This document shows, piece after piece, positions 8,140 to 14,716 of a DNA stretch of 46,573 bases. Positions within the stretch are counted from its first letter, which is position 1. Every line of letters starts with the position of its first letter. A program made the position numbers and the translations under genes. The stretch covers positions 1 to 46,573 of the forward strand of contig JAISVY010000166.1 in NCBI GenBank assembly GCA_031271325.1. The letters are read 5' to 3'. The DNA is from Oscillospiraceae bacterium (GTDB taxonomy: Bacteria; Bacillota; Clostridia; Oscillospirales; UBA929). Below the pieces are notes generated by a model. It saw only the letters and a list, made by a program, of their open reading frames with translations. It had not been told where the DNA came from and made no database searches.

Positions 8140-8164
8140 TGTCCGTTGGGCACCCCGGTTTACT

Positions 8165-8923
8165 TTATAACGCTCCCAGTTCCGCGCCCAAAATAATCAC
8201 GATGCAAATCAAAAACACCCAGACGGATAGCCCCATAAACGCGCCGATCGCGCCGTACAGCGCGCCGTACCGCGCGAAACGCCGCATATAAAACTCGAAC
8301 CCCCACGAGATGATCAGCCAAGCGACCGTCACGAACGCCGACGTTACGGCGGTTCTGCGCGGTTTCGCCGAAGTGCCGGGCGTAAGCGTATAGAGAGCGA
8401 ACAGCAGTAAGAAGATCGCTCCGGCCACCGACAACAGCATTAAGCTCCGGTTAACGGCCAGCAGCGCGAGCGTGAGCGCCAGCACCGCCAAAAATCCCAG
8501 CGTAAACGCCACCGCGAGCCCTCTCGCCTTGACGTATTTCCACAAATCGTCCTTCGCGCCTTTCGACACGGTCAGTTCCGGCTTGCCGCGTTCCCCGTAA
8601 GCCTGTTTCACCCCGTTCATCAGCGCCCATACGCCCGAAGACGCCGCCCAAACAGCGGTGACGATAAACACCGGGCTTGCCCCGGCAATCGGGCTTTTGA
8701 TGTCGGCGAATACCTGCAGCAGCGCGGCGGGCACAAACCCCTGCAACACGTCAAGCCCCCGCCCCGTGTAAGACAGCGCCCATCCGGCGAGCATCATCAG
8801 AGGGAAGAGGGAGAGCAGGAAAAAAAACGCCGTCTTGGCCGCAACCCCGACCGCGTCGTCCCGCCGCGCGTGACGAAAAAACCGCGCGGTTTTACGCCAA
8901 CACTCTTTTAGGACGCCTGTCAC
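8165..8923 (-). CDS. YihY/BrkB-family membrane protein
   Basis: Polytopic, with family-like segments TAFFFLLSLFPLMMLA and FMGLSVWVFLICIVIILGAELGA at the C-terminus. I prefer GTG 8923 (GTGA overlap with the prmA stop) over the ORF start at 9046, which would overlap prmA by 126 nt. The start remains uncertain. Confidence 0.7.
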   Translation of the reverse strand: MTGVLKECWRKTARFFRHARRDDAVGVAAKTAFFFLLSLFPLMMLAGWALSYTGRGLDVLQGFVPAALLQVFADIKSPIAGASPVFIVTAVWAASSGVWALMNGVKQAYGERGKPELTVSKGAKDDLWKYVKARGLAVAFTLGFLAVLALTLALLAVNRSLMLLSVAGAIFLLLFALYTLTPGTSAKPRRTAVTSAFVTVAWLIISWGFEFYMRRFARYGALYGAIGAFMGLSVWVFLICIVIILGAELGAL

Positions 8924-9819
8924 TTTGTAAACACCGCCGCCGTCCAACCGTCGCGGAACTCCCTGTCCAGCAGGGTAAACCCCGCCGCTTCGGCGGCGTC
9001 CCGCACCTCGTTGTAACGATGCTCTATCACGCCGGAGACGATCCACACGCCGCCCGGCGCGAGATACGCCGGCACCAGCGGCGTGAGCGGGAGGATTACG
9101 TCGGCTATGATGTTGGTAAACACAACATCGTAATCCGTGCCGATTCCGGGGATACCTTCATCGCTCAGCAAATCCCCGGCAAACGAGGTATAAGCGGATT
9201 CCAGCCCGTTCAGGAGGGCGTTTTCCCGCGCCGTCTCCGCCGCGAGCGGGTCGATGTCGACCCCCACAGCGCGGGCGGCTCCGAGCGAAAGGGCGCACAG
9301 TCCCAAAATGCCGCTGCCGCAGCCTATATCCAGTATGCGCTTCCCGGAGGCATCCATCCCATCCAGAATCTCCAGGCACAACCGGGTTGAGACGTGCAGC
9401 CCGGTGCCGAAGCTCATACCGGGATTGTTGAGGAAAACGGCGCGCCCTTCGGGATTCTCCGCCGGAAGCCACGCGGGCTGGATCAACAGCCTGCTCCCCA
9501 CCGGCGTGGGGCGGTAATGCTGCTTCCAGGCGTTCGCCCAGTCTTCCTCGTCGCGTTCCCGTACGGTCAGTTCCGGGCATAGGCTTTGCAGCTTGCCCAT
9601 CCCTTCCCGGTCGCCGGGCGGCAGATAGATTTTTACGGCGCAGGCGTTCCTGCCCGGCAAGTCTTCATCCCATATCTCCCACACGGGACGCGCCCTGTCA
9701 AATTCCCGGGGGTCGATGACCTCAAAACTCTCAAATCCTTCCCCTACCAGACGCGCCGTCAGCTTGTCCAGCGTATCCGGCGTTGCGGGGAGGGTCGCTT
9801 CCAGCCAGCGGCGCGTCAT
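8920..9819 (-). CDS. prmA: Ribosomal protein L11 methyltransferase
   Basis: SAM-binding motif ILDIGCGSGILGL and the PrmA-like segments FGTGLHVSTRLCLE and VFTNIIADVILPL are present. ATG 9819 forms an ATGA overlap with the upstream stop. Confidence 0.9.
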   Translation of the reverse strand: MTRRWLEATLPATPDTLDKLTARLVGEGFESFEVIDPREFDRARPVWEIWDEDLPGRNACAVKIYLPPGDREGMGKLQSLCPELTVRERDEEDWANAWKQHYRPTPVGSRLLIQPAWLPAENPEGRAVFLNNPGMSFGTGLHVSTRLCLEILDGMDASGKRILDIGCGSGILGLCALSLGAARAVGVDIDPLAAETARENALLNGLESAYTSFAGDLLSDEGIPGIGTDYDVVFTNIIADVILPLTPLVPAYLAPGGVWIVSGVIEHRYNEVRDAAEAAGFTLLDREFRDGWTAAVFTK

Positions 9820-11063
9820 CCGAGCAGGCTCCGGTAACACGCTTCGGTGTCCGTTTTTCCGACGGCCGACAGGCTCACCTGCTTGAAGTCGAACACCCGC
9901 TCGGCGATCTCCGTGACTTCGTCGCGCGTCACCGCGTCAATCCGCTTGATGACCTCGTCCGGTTCCAGCGCGTCGCCTAAAAACAGCGTGGAATCCCCGA
10001 TCGAACTGGAGCGGTGGACGGTCGATTCGAGCGCCATGAGGATGTTGGCCTTTTGCTGTTCGCGCGCGCGGCTCATTTCCGGCTCTGTGGGACCTTCCGC
10101 GACAAACGTCTCGACGACGTTTCGCGTCAGCTCCAGCGCCTGTTTCTCGGTGTCGCGCCCCAGCGCGAGATACACGCCCGCGACACCGGTATCGCGGTGT
10201 CCCGCGGTGTAGGAGTATACCGAATAACACAACCCGTTCTGTTCGCGCACCGTCTGATAAAGCCGCGAGGACATGCCGTGCCCCAAAACCGACATCGCTA
10301 TGCGGTATGCGTACATATGCTCCCGCCCGATCGGCAGCCCGGGGAACCCCAAACAAAGATGGTTCTGCTCAATCGGTTTTTCGCAGAGATGAAACGCCGG
10401 TTTGTAGAAGCAGGGAACCGCCGGCGAGGGTTCGGACGCGGGGATCTCCGAGAGCAGCGCCTCTATCTGCGCGAGGTCGGACGGCGCGTAGTGCCCGGCG
10501 AGTGAGACGATGATGCCGCCCGGGCAGTAATTGCGGTTTTTATACGCGAGCAGCCCGGCGGCGTCGATCCCTTCCAGGGACTCCTTCGTACCGAGCACCG
10601 ACATGCCGAGCGGCATCCCCGCATAGACCGAAGCGTACAGGTTTTGGTACACCAAATCCTCCGGCTGGTCTTCATACATCGCGATCTCCTCGATGATCAC
10701 GCCGCGTTCCAGCTCCCAATCCTCTTTGTGGAAACGGGGATGGAAGAACATGTCACTCAGAAGGTCAATCGCGGCCGGCAGATGGCTGTCGAGCGCGTGC
10801 GCGTAGAAACAGGTGCTCTCTTTGGTGGTGTATGCGTTGATCTGACCGCCGATGGCGTCCATTTCGGCGGCCAGCTCGGCGGCGGTGCGTGTCTCGGTAC
10901 CTTTGAACACCATATGCTCAATCGCGTGAGACGCGCCGGCCATCCCTTCCGGCTCGTAGCGGGAACCGTGCCCCACCCAAAACGCCACGGCGGCGCTGCG
11001 TACGTGCTCCATATACTCGTGGACGAGCCGCGCCCCGTTGGGCAGCGTTTTCGTCTGTATCAT
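9816..11063 (-). CDS. M16-family (insulinase/pitrilysin-like) zinc peptidase
   Basis: The inverted zinc motif HAIEHMVFKG (HxxEH) is near the N-terminus. 415 aa. AAGGGGG RBS lies upstream of ATG 11063. Confidence 0.9.
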   Translation of the reverse strand: MIQTKTLPNGARLVHEYMEHVRSAAVAFWVGHGSRYEPEGMAGASHAIEHMVFKGTETRTAAELAAEMDAIGGQINAYTTKESTCFYAHALDSHLPAAIDLLSDMFFHPRFHKEDWELERGVIIEEIAMYEDQPEDLVYQNLYASVYAGMPLGMSVLGTKESLEGIDAAGLLAYKNRNYCPGGIIVSLAGHYAPSDLAQIEALLSEIPASEPSPAVPCFYKPAFHLCEKPIEQNHLCLGFPGLPIGREHMYAYRIAMSVLGHGMSSRLYQTVREQNGLCYSVYSYTAGHRDTGVAGVYLALGRDTEKQALELTRNVVETFVAEGPTEPEMSRAREQQKANILMALESTVHRSSSIGDSTLFLGDALEPDEVIKRIDAVTRDEVTEIAERVFDFKQVSLSAVGKTDTEACYRSLLG

Positions 11064-11089
11064 ATTGTTTCCCCCTTATAGTCAATAGG

Positions 11090-11199
11090 GTCACTCTAAA
11101 AACCTCCCGCTCCGGCTTGCGATGCCGCGCCAGAGGCACCTGTTCGCAAGCGCTCCGCTCGTTCGCCTGGCGGCGAACACGAGGTTTTTAGAGCTTCTC
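11090..11199 (+). repeat. Family-1 interspersed palindromic element, copy B
   Basis: GTCACTCTAAAAACCTC ... GAGGTTTTTAGAGCTTCTC encloses the hairpins GCTTGCGA..TCGCAAGC and GTTCGCC-TGGC-GGCGAAC. It is flanked by TCAATAG on both sides (11082-11088 and 11198-11204). It ends 26 nt upstream of the M16 peptidase start codon. Confidence 0.85.
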
Positions 11200-11256
11200 A
11201 ATAGCATGACCTCGCCGCTCATACTCCATTCCTAAGGTTGCAGACAAAGCTGTTTT

Positions 11257-11319
11257 GCTCCGAGCGAAGCGGGTTCACGCTTCGGTTTCAAGCCGGAGCA
11301 AGAGGTTTTTTAGAGTGCC
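11257..11319 (-). repeat. Family-1 element, diverged partial copy (B2)
   Basis: The minus strand reads GGCACTCTAAAAAACCTCTTGCTCCGGCTTG..., matching the left arm of the family. An internal hairpin CGAAGCG/CGCTTCG is present, and no second closing arm is seen. Confidence 0.5.
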
Positions 11320-11418
11320 ACAAGGGAGGAAAGCTGGAGCAAAATCGCAATTTTGTGAAGTTTTTTGAACTTGTTGGGCAAAACGGCGCATGGCTGCACG
11401 ACTGTGTCTTCAATCTGA

Positions 11419-11450
11419 CCGCCGGGCTGTTTTTGCCCGGCGGCTTTTAT
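11419..11450 (+). terminator. Orphan rho-independent terminator-like hairpin in the leader region upstream of the 11573 binding-protein gene
   Basis: CCGCCGGGC (11419-11427), TGTTTTT loop, GCCCGGCGG (11435-11443), then CTTTTAT. No credible CDS precedes it on the plus strand. Confidence 0.45.
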
Positions 11451-11572
11451 GGATTCGCCTCAGACGAACCCAATTTTAAGAAATGAATCGAAAATTTATG
11501 AAATTGCGCGCTTGCCGGAAGCAAGCTATGATGAAAGTACCAAAACGCAAAATACTTGTAGGAGGCATATTT

Positions 11573-13333
11573 ATGAAAAAGGCAACATCCCTGTTCCTCG
11601 CAGTCCTGCTGCTGGCATCTCTTTTTGCCGGATGCTCCAGCGGTTCCCCGACCGATCCGGCGGCGTCTCCGGGCGGTACCGAGCAACCCCCCGATACCGA
11701 TACGGGCGATTCCGGCAACCCTGCCGGTTCTGAAACAGACGCGGAATCTGAGTTTGACATCTGGGGTAAGCACGCCGAACCCGTTAAAGTCACCATCGGG
11801 CGCAGCGGCTCGGAACAAGCGTGGCCTGCCGGGGATTCGATTGACGACAACCAATACACCCGCTGGGTGAAGGAAACACTGAACATCGAAGTGGAAACTG
11901 CGTGGTATGTCATGCAGGATTACGATCAAAAGGTAAATTTGGCTATGATCGGGGACGATTTGCCCGACATTATGCTCTTGAACAACCGTGTGCAGCTCAA
12001 TCAATTGATGGAATCGGGGATGGTAGCCGATCTGACTGATGTCTACGGCAAATACGCAAGCCCGCTGCTGCGCTCGGTAGCCGATTCCTACGGCGGCGAG
12101 GAAGCCGCATTGAAAAGCGTGACGGTCGGAGGCAGATACATGGCGATGCCCGACTTCAACCCCGGTTATCAGTACGCGCTTACATGGATCCGTCAGGACT
12201 GGTTGGAAAAAGCCGGGCTGGGAGATCCCCAAACGCTTGACGACGTGCTTGCAGCCGCGAAGACATTCGTGGAAATGGATCTGGCAGGCAACGGAAACAC
12301 GGTTGGCATTGAGCTGAACAATGCTATGGACGAGCGTGTTATGGCGGGTGCGTACAACAACCCGGGAACGCTTGATCCGCTCTTTGCCTATTACAACGCG
12401 TATCCGCAAAACTGGTACAAGGACGGCTCCGGTCAGTATGTTTACGGCTCGGTCACACCGCAAGCCAAAGAAGCGCTGGGCGTTGTGGCGCAGATGTATC
12501 AGGACGGGATCATTGACAAGGAGTTTGCAACGAAGGACTATCTGACCTCTATCGCCTCAGGCAACTGCGGCATCCTGTTTGGTCCTTGGTGGATCGGCGG
12601 CTGGCCGCTGAAGGACGCCAAAAACAATTTCCCTGAATCCGAATGGAAGCCTTATGCCTGCGCGCTGTCCCCCGAAGGCTCCTATAATGTTTACAGCCCA
12701 GACGCCAACAGCTGGTGGATGGTCGTCCGAAAGGACTATGAGCACCCCGAAGTGGCAATCCAGCTTTTGAATCTTCTGGCTGACGTACAGTGTCTCATGA
12801 GCGATCCTGCTGTGGATGCCTTTGAATCGGTGATCCCGTTAAATATTCGTGACGCGTATAAAGATGTCGCGGGCTTGGGTTGGGGAGACTGGCCGATCAA
12901 CCTGACTGTCCGTCAGTCGGATCAGATCATCACAGAGGCAAAGAAGAACAAAGCGCAGGTGGCGCAGATCGAAGCCGGCGACACCTCTGGAATGTCCGAG
13001 AACGAAGTGCTTGAGGCTCAACGTATCATCGGCTACCGCGACGGCACAGATACGAGCGCTGATGCGTGGAACGCGCTTGTGAGCTATATGGGTAAGCAAA
13101 TCATGCTGGACTTCAACCCGGTGCTGAAGATTCTCCCCGATCAGTTCTACCCCGGCGTTACCCCGACGATGGAGCTAAAATGGAGCAATCTCCGCACACT
13201 GGAGCGCACCGCGTATCTCCAAATTGTGATGGGAGAGAAACCGCTGGATTACTTTGACACGTTTGTTACCGAATGGTTTTCTCAAGGCGGTCAGGAGATC
13301 ACAGACGAGGTCAACGAACTGGGAAACCGCTGA
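11573..13333 (+). CDS. Extracellular solute-binding lipoprotein (large LplA-like sugar ABC binding protein), orphan
   Basis: ATG 11573 lies after AGGAGG. Lipobox signal: MKKATSLFLAVLLLASLFAGC. A Pro/Thr/Asp-rich linker is followed by an SBP-like body of about 586 aa in total. No permease genes are adjacent on this strand. Confidence 0.85.
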   Translation: MKKATSLFLAVLLLASLFAGCSSGSPTDPAASPGGTEQPPDTDTGDSGNPAGSETDAESEFDIWGKHAEPVKVTIGRSGSEQAWPAGDSIDDNQYTRWVKETLNIEVETAWYVMQDYDQKVNLAMIGDDLPDIMLLNNRVQLNQLMESGMVADLTDVYGKYASPLLRSVADSYGGEEAALKSVTVGGRYMAMPDFNPGYQYALTWIRQDWLEKAGLGDPQTLDDVLAAAKTFVEMDLAGNGNTVGIELNNAMDERVMAGAYNNPGTLDPLFAYYNAYPQNWYKDGSGQYVYGSVTPQAKEALGVVAQMYQDGIIDKEFATKDYLTSIASGNCGILFGPWWIGGWPLKDAKNNFPESEWKPYACALSPEGSYNVYSPDANSWWMVVRKDYEHPEVAIQLLNLLADVQCLMSDPAVDAFESVIPLNIRDAYKDVAGLGWGDWPINLTVRQSDQIITEAKKNKAQVAQIEAGDTSGMSENEVLEAQRIIGYRDGTDTSADAWNALVSYMGKQIMLDFNPVLKILPDQFYPGVTPTMELKWSNLRTLERTAYLQIVMGEKPLDYFDTFVTEWFSQGGQEITDEVNELGNR

Positions 13334-13345
13334 TTTGAAGGACAC

Positions 13346-13381
13346 ATATATAACTGGGGCATCAAAACCCCAGTTATATAT
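13346..13381. terminator. Perfect 14-bp hairpin between convergent genes (possible bidirectional terminator)
   Basis: ATATATAACTGGGG (13346-13359), 8-nt loop, CCCCAGTTATATAT (13368-13381). It begins 13 nt after the stop at 13333. There is no clean T-run. Confidence 0.5.
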
Positions 13382-13499
13382 GAGTCGCTCTAAAAACCCA
13401 TGTTTTCATTCGGCGAAGCCGAACGAAAACGAGCGCAGCGCTTGCGAACAGGCGCCTATGGCGCGGCATCGCAAGCCGGAGCGGGGGTTTTTAGAGGTA
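13381..13499 (-). repeat. Family-1 interspersed palindromic element, copy C (near-exact inverted twin of copy A)
   Basis: It is the reverse complement of 1-119 apart from a single base in the second hairpin (GAACGAAAAC versus GAAAGAAAAC). Confidence 0.9.
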
Positions 13500-13529
13500 C
13501 CTGATTGTTAATTCTTTATAGGCGAACGC

Positions 13530-14381
13530 CTATACCGTTTCCAGCTTGGAAGTGTCGATCACGACACCGGAACCGATTTGGTTGATTGTGAACTTCATGC
13601 TCATGTCCATCGTAATGTCTTCTATACTTTCGGCGCTGACCGCCACCGCCATTTGGATGCCGACGGAAACCGGGTCGCCGTTTTCCGCGGTGACCACCTC
13701 GATTGTCATATCTTCCATCGTTATGTCGCCGATATCGCCAAGGAGCGCCATCTCTTCGCCCGCGGCTTCCATGATATAGCCGGTCATTTTCGTGCCGTCG
13801 ATCACGAAGGTGGTCTTTTTGCCCTCGGGTACGTCCGCCGTTTCAAACGACTTGATCGCGTCTATGCCGAATTCGGGCATGTTGACGGTACTTCCCATTT
13901 GCTGTTCGAACGCGGACGCGTCAAGCTCCGTTTCAACGCCGTCTACCGCGTAGTACATCTTCTCGCCGTCGTAGAGCATCTCGATCGTGTTTGAACCGTA
14001 GTCCGATTCGGTGTTTATCACCGAGGAAAACTTCGTTTTTCCGTCTTCCACGATCGTTTTGATGTTGCCGTTTGAATTCACGGCGATGTTTTGATCGAGC
14101 ATCGACATATTCATCCGCATGTCCATGTCCATATCAATCTGCACGTCTTCGCCGCCGGGCGCTGCGGTGATCTGGCTCATCGCGTTTGCGTAGTTCGCGT
14201 AGGCGAGAGTTTTTGTGTCTTCTTCCGGCGTCGCCGCCGTGCTTGGCGTATCCGCCGGTGTCACAGACGCCGCGTCCGGCGTACCCGGAGTATCCGGCGT
14301 AACCGCTGTGTTCTGCGCGGCACACGCCGACATCAGAAGCACCAAGCCAAGCGCCAGAACCGGCAGGGTTTTGCTTTTCAT
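13530..14381 (-). CDS. Lipoprotein of unknown function (Met/Asp-rich)
   Basis: ATG 14381 lies after GAGGGGAAG. Lipobox: MKSKTLPVLALGLVLLMSAC. A Pro/Thr linker follows. Met-rich stretches include DMDMDMRMNMSML and DITMDMSMKF. Confidence 0.75.
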   Translation of the reverse strand: MKSKTLPVLALGLVLLMSACAAQNTAVTPDTPGTPDAASVTPADTPSTAATPEEDTKTLAYANYANAMSQITAAPGGEDVQIDMDMDMRMNMSMLDQNIAVNSNGNIKTIVEDGKTKFSSVINTESDYGSNTIEMLYDGEKMYYAVDGVETELDASAFEQQMGSTVNMPEFGIDAIKSFETADVPEGKKTTFVIDGTKMTGYIMEAAGEEMALLGDIGDITMEDMTIEVVTAENGDPVSVGIQMAVAVSAESIEDITMDMSMKFTINQIGSGVVIDTSKLETV

Positions 14382-14458
14382 AACTTCCCCTCTTTCTTCC
14401 CTTTTCATCTATTATAAGCTGGGCATATTAAATTGTCAAGCGCGATGTCCTGTAGGTT

Positions 14459-14614
14459 CACGACAAACGCATGAACGGACAAAATGCACAAAAAGCGGTA
14501 TCCTCATGTAGGGGCGACCGTCTTCGGTCGCCCGCGGCTGCGGGATTTTTCGGGGTTACGGGCGGTCGGGGACGACCGCCCCTGTGCGACACGGACATTC
14601 ATGCGTTTGCCGTG
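14459..14614 (-). mobile_element. Family-2 MITE-like palindromic element, copy 3
   Basis: Same orientation and termini as copy 2 (CACGACAAACGCATGAACGG / CATTCATGCGTTTGCCGTG), with an 11-nt internal deletion relative to copy 2. It is flanked by CCTGTAGG (14449-14456 and 14615-14622). Confidence 0.85.
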
Positions 14615-14630
14615 CCTGTAGGGGTATGTT

Positions 14631-14669
14631 GAAAATTCCCCGTTTTGCGCGGTGCGCAAAACGGGGAAT
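14631..14669 (-). terminator. Rho-independent terminator ending the 10-gene transport operon
   Basis: 16-bp perfect stem ATTCCCCGTTTTGCGC (14635-14650) / GCGCAAAACGGGGAAT (14654-14669). On the minus strand it is followed by TTTTC. It lies 48 nt after the stop at 14717. Confidence 0.75.
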
Positions 14670-14716
14670 CGGGCTGCTTACCGCTGTTCCTTTTGTTACA
14701 GGCGGGAAAGCGGCGT

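Noticed and set aside
7804-8291. Small ORFs over the family-2 element (7804..8127, 7961..8170, 7998..8291, and similar ones at 6379 and 14215).
   Set aside because: Their sequences (for example ...CRGGRPRPPVTPENPAAAGDRGRSPLH...) are simply translations of the palindromic repeat. They recur wherever the repeat occurs, in either orientation, and lack start-site signals.
11218-11247. A possible promoter for the M16 peptidase operon (minus strand TTGTCT-18-TATGAG) reading into element copy B.
   Set aside because: Both hexamers are weak and the spacing is 18 nt. It is plausible but not supportable as a feature. It is noted here only because it would place copy B in a 5' leader, as with copy E.
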